64,000 bases of DNA from an uncultured Candidatus Saccharibacteria bacterium (GTDB lineage: Bacteria; Patescibacteriota; Minisyncoccia; Phycocordibacterales; DATDWN01): contig CAZKCA010000003.1 of the NCBI GenBank assembly GCA_964551495.1, positions 4,535-68,534 on the forward strand, given 5' to 3'. A program made the translations under genes and the position numbers. Positions within the stretch are counted from its first letter, which is position 1, and each line of letters starts with the position of its first letter. This document shows, in pieces, positions 38,264-47,592 of the stretch. The notes under the pieces are model-generated. The model saw only the letters and a program-made list of their open reading frames with translations. It was not told the origin of the DNA and did no database searches.

Positions 38264-39761
38264 TATGAAAAATCTCAGTAACATTTTAAGGAGGTCAAAC
38301 ATAACGCCATTTGAGCGAGTGATGACGCTTGTTCGTAACGATGCTCACAAAGAAAAAACTGGCAAAGGCCTGCTGTCAGAATCCGATGTGTATACACTAA
38401 CTCAAGGATGGAATGGGGATACTTCGGAAATAAAGGAATACAACAAATACATAAACATCGCTCGGCTAAAAAGCTCCATGTATATGGATGCCCAAATGTT
38501 CCTCTACAGAGCAGAATTGTCACTTCTACGAAACCAAAGGGTACTGGATACCTTCCTCCCTCGTGTAAGGATGATCAATGAGCTGACAGACCACCCATTT
38601 GCAAAAGACATCCCAGTTGAAGAGAGTGTGCGATTTCTTACACAACATACGCATATAAGGTACGAGAAGGTATTACACATATATACCTTTCACAAACTCC
38701 CTAAGGAAATACAGAGCGACCTACTTCTCTTGGACGAAGAAATCGCGAGTGATGAAAAATATTTAGGAGATCAGGTTTTTCTCTATGAGCTATTTGGTGA
38801 CGGTAATTCGCTAAGCAAGCAGAACAAAGATTTAATAATCACCAACATCTACTCTCGTATGTATTACGAAGGCGTTAAGAAAATCAAAAATAGTACATCG
38901 GAAAAAGATGGCTTTCTGCTCCACCCCTTCTTTGCTGAACTGCCAATCAAAGATTTGTTCCAGAAATTGGTGGATGATGAGCATATTGCATCCGACAAAA
39001 CGGATGATGACAGGGAAGAAGGGATCTTGTCTCTTGTTGAAGAATACGCAAGAAACAAAAATATGAGTATTGAAAGAGTTATTAAAGAAAAGTTGTCACA
39101 ATGGATCGATGAAGGATTGTTCGTCAATGCATACACTCCACTTTTTATGAGCGAACAATTCGACACATGGGGTGGCAATACTAAGAAGAGCCACAAAGAG
39201 TTGTTCGCGATTTGGTATGCAGAACTTCAAAAATCTAAGCTGTATTTTGCAGATCTTTTTAGCGCAAAGAAGCTAGAAAAAAGCACCTTTGAGAAAGAGT
39301 TTTTAGGTGTGCCAAAAAAGATAGAAGTGCTGACTGGAACCAGTTTGTATGCTTGTAAAGAAAAAATTGATTTTGTGGAAGAATACAAGAAGCAAATTAA
39401 ATGTCTTTTGCCAATCGCTAATATATTTCTTTTTATAAAGAAATATGCAACGCCAACTAAAAACTTTAAGACGCTGTGCGAGTTTAAAAAATTGGCTCAA
39501 AAAATATCGTCAATGTTTGATATTGATATGACAGAAAAGTATACAGAGTTCATTAATTCATATCAGGAAGAAGTTGCATTTCTCAACCTAAGCTCAAGCA
39601 GACTCGCAGACACGGCAACAGAACATCTGTACACTCAAGAGTCCCTGCAATATGTCATCGATATTGATGAGCGTTGTTTTGCCTTTGATCTCGAGGAAGA
39701 GGGCGAGACAGCAACTATCGCGCAGATGTACTCCGAAGAATTTAAAAAGCTTGGAGCATGA
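38235..39761 (+). CDS. large hypothetical protein (508 aa, island cargo)
   Basis: Long ORF with no recognisable motifs. Confidence 0.5.
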   Translation: MKTHYEETSNMKNLSNILRRSNITPFERVMTLVRNDAHKEKTGKGLLSESDVYTLTQGWNGDTSEIKEYNKYINIARLKSSMYMDAQMFLYRAELSLLRNQRVLDTFLPRVRMINELTDHPFAKDIPVEESVRFLTQHTHIRYEKVLHIYTFHKLPKEIQSDLLLLDEEIASDEKYLGDQVFLYELFGDGNSLSKQNKDLIITNIYSRMYYEGVKKIKNSTSEKDGFLLHPFFAELPIKDLFQKLVDDEHIASDKTDDDREEGILSLVEEYARNKNMSIERVIKEKLSQWIDEGLFVNAYTPLFMSEQFDTWGGNTKKSHKELFAIWYAELQKSKLYFADLFSAKKLEKSTFEKEFLGVPKKIEVLTGTSLYACKEKIDFVEEYKKQIKCLLPIANIFLFIKKYATPTKNFKTLCEFKKLAQKISSMFDIDMTEKYTEFINSYQEEVAFLNLSSSRLADTATEHLYTQESLQYVIDIDERCFAFDLEEEGETATIAQMYSEEFKKLGA

Positions 39762-39983
39762 AAATATTGTTGGCCATAGTAAATAATTCGGGTCACTTTT
39801 TATCCTTGACAAACCAGTAATTTATTGCTATACTACTCAAATAGTTCTTTGTAATGGATCAGTGTAGTTAAGACGAGCTTTTTGAGCCTTATTTTAGGGC
39901 CTAAAAAGCTTGTCTCAACTACGGGACTAGTCGAGCCGAAGCGTTCTTCGGTAAATGCCCATAAGGCAGAAGGAGATAACGTC

Positions 39984-40874
39984 ATGCAGACGATTACTCA
40001 GGCAACTGCCGGTCAGATCAAGCAGATCAACCGGTTCGGAAACGACGCCATCGAGAAGGTTCTCGGTGAGCTCGGACTCGACAACCCTGGCGCCCAGCGC
40101 GTCATCGAACACGGCGACGAATTCGCCGAGGCCATCCGCACGGCCGCCCTCGCCTCGCTCAAGGACCTGTCGGTCTCCGACAAGTTCAAGGACGAGGAGG
40201 TGGAGTCGAGCTACGGCTACCTCTCTGGCTACACGAAGCCCAAGTCGATCACGGAGCAGTGCAATATCCTGCGCCAGATCTTCCCGGGCATCGGGTTCGC
40301 CGACGAGAAGCTCGCCGAGCGCGAAGTGCCGCAGCACGCCGAGGGGTGGTTCGCCATCCCGAAGTGGCAGACGGTCGCTCCGACCTACACCGAAGCGGTC
40401 CAGAAGGTGCTCGACGCGGTGAAGTCGGCTCGTAACGGGAAGTTCTACAACTACCGTGACGGGCAGATCAACAACTCGCGTCTGCGCCAGACGGCCAAGA
40501 CGGCGTCGGTGTTCCAGAAGCTCGGCAACGAGCAGAAGGATCACGACATCCTCGTGGTGGCCGCCCAGTTCGGCATCCGCCATCGGGGACGTTCTGTCCG
40601 CCGTGCTCGTGAGGTCTTCGCGGCCAACGAGTTCGGACTCGGCGCATTCGCCATCGGCATCATGATCCTGACCCACCAGGAACGGCTCATGAACTATAAC
40701 GACCTCTGGATCGACTGCTCGGGTGACGAGTTTGATGATCCGGATGCCGATGTCCGCTTCGATCTCGCCCCGTGCTTCGACTTCAGCGACGGCGGGGTCG
40801 AGTTCGGCGCGTACTGGTTCGGCTATGCCAGCGGCCACTGCGGTTCCGCGTCGGCTTTCGTTCCGCAGAACTGA
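39984..40874 (+). CDS. DGR target (variable) protein, with the variable region at the extreme C-terminus
   Basis: The start at 39984 follows an AAGGAG RBS. The gene is about 62% GC. Its last 131 nt before the stop form the VR. Confidence 0.8.
   Translation: MQTITQATAGQIKQINRFGNDAIEKVLGELGLDNPGAQRVIEHGDEFAEAIRTAALASLKDLSVSDKFKDEEVESSYGYLSGYTKPKSITEQCNILRQIFPGIGFADEKLAEREVPQHAEGWFAIPKWQTVAPTYTEAVQKVLDAVKSARNGKFYNYRDGQINNSRLRQTAKTASVFQKLGNEQKDHDILVVAAQFGIRHRGRSVRRAREVFAANEFGLGAFAIGIMILTHQERLMNYNDLWIDCSGDEFDDPDADVRFDLAPCFDFSDGGVEFGAYWFGYASGHCGSASAFVPQN
40738..40868 (+). repeat. DGR variable region (VR)
   Basis: 131-nt ungapped match to 41282-41412 with 17 mismatches, every one at an adenine of the TR copy. 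Confidence 0.9.
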
Positions 40875-40942
40875 TCCTTGATGCTCGAACTCTTGAGTCT
40901 TTTGAATCCTTTCTTTTGATTCTTGAGTTCGCGGCAAATTTT

Positions 40943-40972
40943 CGGGGTTATCCACACGTGTGGGTAACCCCG
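40943..40972 (+). other. GC-rich stem-loop downstream of the VR (candidate DGR homing hairpin or target-gene terminator)
   Basis: CGGGGTTATCCACACGTGTGGGTAACCCCG forms a roughly 14-bp stem with one mismatch, followed by a T-run. Confidence 0.5.
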
Positions 40973-41281
40973 ATTTCTTTTTATACAGAAAATATTTTTG
41001 ATATACTTATACATGAGTCTAGGCTCATGCACGGTCGTTCAAGGATTGCCGTCGCCGAACTCTTTCTCTTTGTTCTCATTAAGAGAAAACGACCAGGGTC
41101 TTCCCGATTACGATTTGGAAGAGAGCGTCGCGATGAGGAGATACTGCTTGTCTTTGTTTAAGACAGACCATTAAGCCTATATGGCGGGTGCTGTCAGATA
41201 AAATTCAGGAGCGAGATCGCACCTTGTTTCCAACAAGGAATACTTTCAAGCTCTGGTGGCTCGGATGAGCAAAGACGAATT

Positions 41282-41412
41282 ATCCGGATGCCGATGTCCG
41301 CTTCGATCACGCCCCGTACTTCAACTTCAACGACGGCAAGGTCAAGTTCGACACGAACTGGTTCGACAATGCCAACGACAACTACGGTTCCGCGTCGGCT
41401 TTCGTTCCGAAG
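41282..41412 (+). repeat. DGR template region (TR)
   Basis: Intergenic copy of the VR in which every VR/TR difference is A in this copy. It lies between the target gene and avd/RT. Confidence 0.9.
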
Positions 41413-41455
41413 TCTCTCCACTTCACAAAGAGCATCCATACGGATGCTCTTTGTC

Positions 41456-41809
41456 TTATCGAGAAGTACTAGATGACCTAATCCATCCACCAAGCATGCG
41501 GCCGATTTCATCGATCATTTCTTGGAGTGTGGTGTATTTCTTGTTATCAAGTGACTTTGTTTCTTTCATTAGACGAATAAAAAAACGAAGAGTGTTTAAC
41601 TTGATACTGGCCCTTTCCAAAATTACAGTCTTATTACCACTTTTCGAATATCCTGCCTCGAGAAAATATTCGATGACATCGACAATCAAATTTTCACTTC
41701 GTTCGTAGACAGTGAACCTTTCTGCTTTAGGAATTAACTTACGATGTTCTTGAAATGTTTTATACAGTTCATACGACTTTTTAATAATAGGGATATCAAT
41801 TTCATTCAT
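41456..41809 (-). CDS. avd: Avd-like accessory variability determinant (four-helix-bundle family)
   Basis: 117-aa basic helical protein with four-helix-bundle family features (...ERFTVYERSENLIVDVIEYF...EMIDEIGRMLGGWIRS), adjacent to the TR and RT. Confidence 0.65.
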   Translation of the reverse strand: MNEIDIPIIKKSYELYKTFQEHRKLIPKAERFTVYERSENLIVDVIEYFLEAGYSKSGNKTVILERASIKLNTLRFFIRLMKETKSLDNKKYTTLQEMIDEIGRMLGGWIRSSSTSR

Positions 41810-42854
41810 GCGAGTTTATACAAAGTTATTTGATAAAATAATTAACGCCGAGAATCTCTTTTCGGCGTGGGATGAGTTCAAGCTCGGGAAGAGAAACAAA
41901 TCCGACGTGCTTGTTTTTGAAAAGAATCTTGAGCAGAATATTTTTGCCTTGCATAGAGAATTAGTAAGTAAGGCATATCGGCATGGAGCGTATAGCAACT
42001 TCTATATTTATGATCCGAAACTCCGACATATTCATAAAGCGACGGTTCGAGACAGAGTGTTGCATCATGCAATTTTTCAGATACTCAATCCAATTTTTGA
42101 ACCAACTTTTATATCCCATTCTTTTTCCTGCCGCGTCGGAAAAGGAACTCATAAAGGCGTTCATGTTTTGGACATAATGCTTCGTAAGGTCTCGAAGAAT
42201 TACACTCAAACAGCGTATGCACTTAAATGTGATGTCAGAAAGTTTTTTGATAGTGTTGACCACACTATCTTGATCAAGCTTCTGCAAAGAAAGATGAAAG
42301 ACCTTGGGGCTTTGTGGCTTATGGAGGAAATAATCGAGAGTTTTGCCGGAGAGTTTTCCGATTTGTTTACCCGAAGAGGGCTTCCTATTGGTAATCTGAC
42401 ATCGCAACTGTTCGCCAATGTCTACATGAATGAGTTTGATCAGTTTATGAAAAAAGAACTGAAAATTAAAAATTATGTTCGCTACACTGATGATTTTGTT
42501 GTTGCATCTGATAACGAAAATTTCTTGAAAGACCTTGTCCCTAAAATCCAAGACTTCCTTCACAATCATCTCAACCTTGAGTTGCATCCAAGCAAGGTCA
42601 CCATAGGTACATACCGACGTGGCATTGATTTTCTCGGCTACGTTTCTTTTCCTCACTACCGTACATTGCGCAAACGAACCGAGAAAAGAATGCTTCGCAA
42701 GCTGGATGAGAAAATCGAGTTGTTTAAACAAGGAGAGATCGACGAGGAAAGATTGAAGCAAACACTTCAGTCTTACCTGGGAGTCTTGAGTCATGCTACC
42801 GCTCTCAGATTGAGCCGAGATTTCAGCAATCGAATATTGTTTAGGAGAACATGA
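41808..42854 (+). CDS. DGR-type reverse transcriptase
   Basis: RT motifs 1-7 including the DGR hallmark IGNLTSQ and the catalytic YTDD (RYTDDFVV). The N-terminus LFDKIINAENLFSAWDEFKLGKRNK is typical of DGR RTs. Confidence 0.9.
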   Translation: MRVYTKLFDKIINAENLFSAWDEFKLGKRNKSDVLVFEKNLEQNIFALHRELVSKAYRHGAYSNFYIYDPKLRHIHKATVRDRVLHHAIFQILNPIFEPTFISHSFSCRVGKGTHKGVHVLDIMLRKVSKNYTQTAYALKCDVRKFFDSVDHTILIKLLQRKMKDLGALWLMEEIIESFAGEFSDLFTRRGLPIGNLTSQLFANVYMNEFDQFMKKELKIKNYVRYTDDFVVASDNENFLKDLVPKIQDFLHNHLNLELHPSKVTIGTYRRGIDFLGYVSFPHYRTLRKRTEKRMLRKLDEKIELFKQGEIDEERLKQTLQSYLGVLSHATALRLSRDFSNRILFRRT

Positions 42855-42902
42855 GCGAAAGAAGGTAAACATAGTAACAATAAAAACTGCCTTATTCTGC
42901 GC

Positions 42903-43763
42903 CTAAAACTTGATCGCCTCGTAATAATTATTCCGGTCATCGATCCTACTCTCTGACTTGAGGAGCGTCGGTAGATCACGGTGGTTAAAGTTGCTCAAGT
43001 TTATCTTGTTAAAAAGTGGCCGTGCGATTGAATAGACAATCGCAGTGCCGTCCTTCACATTGCCGTACTGGTCTTTAACCGGGAGCTGGGACCAGATAAT
43101 AATGTCTCCAATCGTTGGATCGAGCGGGAAAAGTGCTTTGGCGATTTTGAAGGCTTCACCATGCATCGTGCCTTTTTGAAGGTTGGTTGTAAGATTTTCA
43201 TCAGCATTTATTTTTATGAGCACTCCAACAACTGGTTCTTCGCTTTTGTACCCATACTCAGTCAACATGGACGGTTTATATGGATCAAGAGTCGTTTCAA
43301 CAACTCTTGGCTTCTTCATATTTGTCTCCGAACCAAGCGAAGTATTAATGGTGTCTCTAATCCTTTCTTCCAAAGTTTTAGGTTTGGTGACCACCTCCTT
43401 TATTGAGTCACTAGTCGTTTGCGCATTTTCCTGCTTTTGAGCCTGAGATTCCAAATCATTAGAAGCAACTTTCTGGGATGATTTGGTATCCATTGTTGTT
43501 CCAGCAATAACAAGGAACAGGATCACAATTCCTATTTTTATTGGTCGACTGATAGGCATTCGAATCTTACTCATCACAAACTGACGTGTAGGTTTGAGAA
43601 TCATCACGGCGGCTAGTAGCAGGAAAAGCCCCGGGATGAAATCCGAGAACAGGGATACAAATCCGGTCACAGCAAGCAGTACTCCTATAACCCAGCTAGT
43701 AATTCCGAAGGATTTCTTTTTGGTCTGACCCTCTAAAGACGCTTCTTTGTTTTCCATAGGCAA
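42903..43763 (-). CDS. membrane-anchored protein (hypothetical)
   Basis: Two N-terminal TM helices followed by a soluble domain. Confidence 0.45.
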   Translation of the reverse strand: MPMENKEASLEGQTKKKSFGITSWVIGVLLAVTGFVSLFSDFIPGLFLLLAAVMILKPTRQFVMSKIRMPISRPIKIGIVILFLVIAGTTMDTKSSQKVASNDLESQAQKQENAQTTSDSIKEVVTKPKTLEERIRDTINTSLGSETNMKKPRVVETTLDPYKPSMLTEYGYKSEEPVVGVLIKINADENLTTNLQKGTMHGEAFKIAKALFPLDPTIGDIIIWSQLPVKDQYGNVKDGTAIVYSIARPLFNKINLSNFNHRDLPTLLKSESRIDDRNNYYEAIKF

Positions 43764-43857
43764 ATAAATTATTTGAATAATGTCTCGTACCTTAGCTTCT
43801 ATTCGAGGCTTTGCGAAGCTCGAGTTACCAACAGCTCTTTTGTGAGGGAAATTGGGT

Positions 43858-44949
43858 TCATTTGTTGTAGGTATAACTCTGGCGAACCAAAGGAATGGCT
43901 TTCTCTAGGTCTGCCTCGCTCTCAATCTTTACCTCATAGTCTCCGTTGCCCCAATGACCTATGGGCTTGGGTTTGGTGAGGTCGCGAGCGATATTTTCTG
44001 GATCATCGAGGTGTCCGCTCGGCACGTTCAAAAAGATTTTTAGTGAATCGCGAAGCACTACCACGTCACAGAAATTAGTGGTGAGCTTGTACGCTATATA
44101 TTTTGCTTTGGCTTCCTCAATAATTGATTCATCTAGAGTGGAGATCTGCTCCTTGAGAGAAGAGAATAATCTTTGTGCGTCTGGACTCGCAGATCTTACA
44201 TGATCATCAACGGTATAGTGGATTTTATCTTTGAATACGCGTTTCTGTTTTTCTCCCTGCTCAAATACCTCCGATGTTGAGATCTTCACTTTACGCTGGA
44301 CTTCCGGTTCAACGAGAAGCAGGTCGTGGTCATATAACTGATATCGAAGCAACTCAATATTCATCGGCAGCAGATCGGCAGTATCCAAATCAAACTTGTT
44401 GTAGCTTTCAGCAACGCAGATCACTCGTGGCGATGCCCAGTCAATCTCGATATCAATTTCCTTTCTTCGTACCAACGCCTCGAAATCCGCCTTATGATCC
44501 AAAAGCCAGCGGAGATATGACAGACCTTGGTTGATAACACTATCGTTTTGACCCTTCTTGTATTCGATGATCACCGGCGACCCATTGTTGTCTATACCTA
44601 GACTATCTATTCTTCCGCCGAAGCTAGTGGAGTATTCGGTAGCCAAAAATTTGATATTCAAAATCTCATCCAAATTTTTCTCGAAGAGTTTTTGTATGTC
44701 TTTTTCTAGTCCCACCTTCGTTGGAGGGACTTTCGTTGCAGTTTGATTGTGAGTAATAAAAATGGCCATGAGGTTCATGGCGCGGGGTTGGTGCATATAC
44801 ACTAAGCCCCACGCTAGCTTTAGGTCTTGCGACCCCATACAAGTTTCCCTGTATGGCCCGATGAAGAGTCGCTGAACGTGGGGTTCAGTATCTTCATCGG
44901 GACTTTGGGCCATGCCCGCCGGAAATCCGGACGAGTTTAGGCCGCTCAT
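43858..44949 (-). CDS. PD-(D/E)xK nuclease-like protein (DUF-type, possible restriction/defence-related)
   Basis: The segment GGRIDSLGIDNNGSPVIIEYKKG fits a D...EYK nuclease core. About 360 aa. Adjacent to the recombinase. Confidence 0.4.
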   Translation of the reverse strand: MSGLNSSGFPAGMAQSPDEDTEPHVQRLFIGPYRETCMGSQDLKLAWGLVYMHQPRAMNLMAIFITHNQTATKVPPTKVGLEKDIQKLFEKNLDEILNIKFLATEYSTSFGGRIDSLGIDNNGSPVIIEYKKGQNDSVINQGLSYLRWLLDHKADFEALVRRKEIDIEIDWASPRVICVAESYNKFDLDTADLLPMNIELLRYQLYDHDLLLVEPEVQRKVKISTSEVFEQGEKQKRVFKDKIHYTVDDHVRSASPDAQRLFSSLKEQISTLDESIIEEAKAKYIAYKLTTNFCDVVVLRDSLKIFLNVPSGHLDDPENIARDLTKPKPIGHWGNGDYEVKIESEADLEKAIPLVRQSYTYNK

Positions 44950-44995
44950 ATTCAGTTGTACTTTCTCAGAATATCAAAAATAGCACCATTAAACA

Positions 44996-46429
44996 ATGGG
45001 CTTAAGTTTGGGAGATTTGCGAGGTCAGGTTATCAACTTCTTATCTACTCGGGACGCTCTGGACTCCTGGGGAGGGTTGCGTCATTCATTTGAATGTATG
45101 AAAAACGCAACAATACAGGCGCCATTAGGGACTGCGGCCAAAGTAGCAACCCCAATAAGGGTCAGGTACTGCCTTTACGCGAGAAAAAGTACCGAATCAG
45201 AGGAACGGCAAGTCCTCTCAATTGATAGCCAAATCAAAGAGATGCTTCAATTAGCAGAGCGAGAAGGTCTGGAGGTCGTGACCATGAAGCGAGAGAGTCA
45301 CTCGGCCAAAGAGACTGGGCAACGGCCGGTCTTCAATGAAATAGTTGATGAATTACGACAAGAAAAATTTAACGGCATTCTCACATGGGCGCCAGATCGT
45401 ATCAGTAGAAATGCGGGTGACCTCGGAAAGATTGTAGACCTCATGGATGAAGGAAAACTCCATGAGATACGAACATATGGACAGAGTTTCAGGAATAATC
45501 CGAATGAGAAATTCCTGCTGATGATTCTTGGATCGCAAGCAAAACTCGAAAATGATAATCGAGGTATCAACGTGAAGCGAGGTCTACGAACGAGAGTGGA
45601 GATGGGACTTTGGCCCGGCATGGCGCCGCTCGGATATCTGAACCAGAAGCTCATGGACAAGAAATGCAGAATTATCATTGATCCGGAACGTGCGCCGGTC
45701 GTAAAGCAAATGTTTGAGAAGGTCGCATACGAAGGATGGAGTGGTCGTAAAGTATACAACTGGCTTCGATTCGACCTCAACTTCCATACACGAGGCAACA
45801 GACCGCTAACACTTAGCGGTGTATATCGAATGCTCCAAATGCCCATCTATTACGGACCATTCGAGTATCCCCGAAACAGCGGTAGTTGGTATCAAGGGAC
45901 GCACGAACCTCTTATCACCGAGGAACTATTTAAGAAAGTGAATGAGCAACTGAAGCGTGACAAGATCGTGCGAGAAAACCGAGAATTCGCCTTCACTAAG
46001 CTGTTCACCTGCGGCATGTGCGGATCGGGTATCACTGCTCAGGAAAAATACAAACTACTCAAGGACGGTACGAATGCCAAATACATTTACTACTCCTGCT
46101 CGAAAGCGAGGGACAGAAATTGCAAGAACAAATACATACGAGAGGAAGAACTTGTCGAGGAATTATTTAAAGTCATCGACAAAGTGAGTATTAACGAATT
46201 AGGTATGAGAATGAAGCTCGAAGAAGAAATCAAGCGGTTCAACCGACTGCAACGACTCGCGGCCAAAGGAAAACCAAAGATGCAGATCGACGAGGATGAC
46301 ATCGCCACACGAGAATACGCTAAGTATGTTCTGCGTGAAGGAACGGCAATCGAGAAACGTGAGCTAATGGGTCACTTGCGAAGCAGGCTGGTGCTGAATG
46401 ATAAAAAGATTACGCTGATTGAAGAATAA
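44996..46429 (+). CDS. large serine recombinase (resolvase/invertase catalytic domain, recombinase domain, zinc ribbon)
   Basis: Catalytic YARKSTESEERQ, a recombinase domain, a Cys cluster CGMCGS...YYSCSK...C, and a C-terminal coiled-coil. The true start may be an internal ATG. Confidence 0.85.
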   Translation: MGLSLGDLRGQVINFLSTRDALDSWGGLRHSFECMKNATIQAPLGTAAKVATPIRVRYCLYARKSTESEERQVLSIDSQIKEMLQLAEREGLEVVTMKRESHSAKETGQRPVFNEIVDELRQEKFNGILTWAPDRISRNAGDLGKIVDLMDEGKLHEIRTYGQSFRNNPNEKFLLMILGSQAKLENDNRGINVKRGLRTRVEMGLWPGMAPLGYLNQKLMDKKCRIIIDPERAPVVKQMFEKVAYEGWSGRKVYNWLRFDLNFHTRGNRPLTLSGVYRMLQMPIYYGPFEYPRNSGSWYQGTHEPLITEELFKKVNEQLKRDKIVRENREFAFTKLFTCGMCGSGITAQEKYKLLKDGTNAKYIYYSCSKARDRNCKNKYIREEELVEELFKVIDKVSINELGMRMKLEEEIKRFNRLQRLAAKGKPKMQIDEDDIATREYAKYVLREGTAIEKRELMGHLRSRLVLNDKKITLIEE

Positions 46430-46480
46430 TAACGATAAATATATATTGACAAACGATATGCGATGAATTAGGATAGAACT

Positions 46481-46984
46481 ATGAAATTATCATCAACAAT
46501 GTTTCTGCAAATAGTGATCTTGCTCATAGGTCTTGGTGCTCTTGCCTTCCTGCTTATGATGCCCCGCCTTGAAGGCGTAAACGCAGGTGTCACCACGCTT
46601 TATCAAATATACTTTGATGACCCATTCTTGATATTCGTATATGCGGGTTCTATTCCATTCTTTGTCGCCCTCTATCAAGCCTTCAAGGTGTTCGGATATG
46701 TCGGACAAAACAAGACGTTCTCCGAGGCGGCGGTAGGAGCGTTGCGAAAGATAAAATACTGCGCGTTCATCACTGCGGGTGCAATCATCGCCGTAGACGC
46801 TTTCCTCATGATACACACGCGTCTGTATCCCGAAGTCGGCGCGGTAGATGGTCCCGAGGGCGCTGTGATGCTCGGACTCATCGCAACATTCATTTCCGTC
46901 GTCATCGGCACTGCGGCGGCAATACTTGAACGGACTCTGCAGAACGCCGTAGAGCTAAAGTCCGAGAACGACCTAACCGTATAA
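46481..46984 (+). CDS. DUF2975-like membrane protein
   Basis: Four-TM protein immediately upstream of a small XRE HTH regulator, which is the known YozG pairing. Confidence 0.5.
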   Translation: MKLSSTMFLQIVILLIGLGALAFLLMMPRLEGVNAGVTTLYQIYFDDPFLIFVYAGSIPFFVALYQAFKVFGYVGQNKTFSEAAVGALRKIKYCAFITAGAIIAVDAFLMIHTRLYPEVGAVDGPEGAVMLGLIATFISVVIGTAAAILERTLQNAVELKSENDLTV

Positions 46985-46989
46985 CCACC

Positions 46990-47193
46990 ATGTCTATCAT
47001 CATCAACATAGATGTCATGCTCGCGAAGCGGAAGATGAGCGTTACTGAACTGGCAGAGAAAGTTGGAATCACCATGGCAAATATTTCCGTGCTAAAAAAT
47101 GGAAAAGCTAGAGCTATCCGATTAGCAACCCTAGAAGCGATTTGCAAAGCCTTGGAATGTCAGCCTGGAGATATTTTGGAGTACAAAAAGTAG
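46990..47193 (+). CDS. XRE-family helix-turn-helix transcriptional regulator (YozG-like)
   Basis: 67-aa protein with the HTH LAEKVGITMANISVLKNGKARAIRLATLEAICKAL. Confidence 0.7.
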   Translation: MSIIINIDVMLAKRKMSVTELAEKVGITMANISVLKNGKARAIRLATLEAICKALECQPGDILEYKK

Positions 47194-47370
47194 AAATTAA
47201 ATGATATGCTTGCCGTACAAACCTGCGCGATATACTACGAGTGTCTCGCGCTTCCCGATACGGCACAGGAATACGACCGACACGCCTGTGGCGCCACAAG
47301 AAAACAGCGTCCTTTACAGGGCGCTGTTTTGCTTATCTATTGAGCCGAATTTTGATAAGATGAAGATGCA

Positions 47371-47592
47371 ATGAGAGAATTTACGACCCCTTTGAAGGAA
47401 TACGGTTCACTTCTCCCGCCGGTCTGGAGCTGGCGCGAGGAAGAGATGACCAAGCAAGAAGCAAAGGAGCACTTTGATTGGTTCTTATCGATTATTCCGG
47501 AGCGCATTGCAATGCTTGAAAAAGTTATTAATGCAAACCCTCCGTCCGTAGGGGCAATTATGGTTCCTATTCAGCAATATGGAAAACTCTGA
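47371..47592 (+). CDS. small hypothetical protein upstream of the sigma factor
   Basis: 73-aa ORF overlapping the sigma factor start by 14 nt. It could be a co-transcribed partner or anti-sigma candidate. Confidence 0.35.
   Translation: MREFTTPLKEYGSLLPPVWSWREEEMTKQEAKEHFDWFLSIIPERIAMLEKVINANPPSVGAIMVPIQQYGKL

Noticed and set aside
39927-40955. 342-aa minus-strand ORF covering the DGR target gene
   Set aside because: Antisense shadow ORF caused by high GC. No RBS, and it overlaps the well-supported plus-strand target gene and its VR.
39955-41708. Several Arg/Ser/Pro-rich plus- and minus-strand ORFs (39955-40422, 40456-40665, 40772-41161, 41194-41511, 41256-41708, 41288-41476)
   Set aside because: Low-complexity translations of GC-rich DNA in alternative frames that overlap the target gene, TR and avd. 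Not credible genes.
41961-42872. 303-aa minus-strand ORF antisense to the reverse transcriptase
   Set aside because: It fully overlaps the RT, which has clear catalytic motifs. No independent support.
45298-45846. 182-aa minus-strand ORF inside the serine recombinase gene
   Set aside because: Antisense to a gene with clear catalytic and zinc-ribbon motifs.
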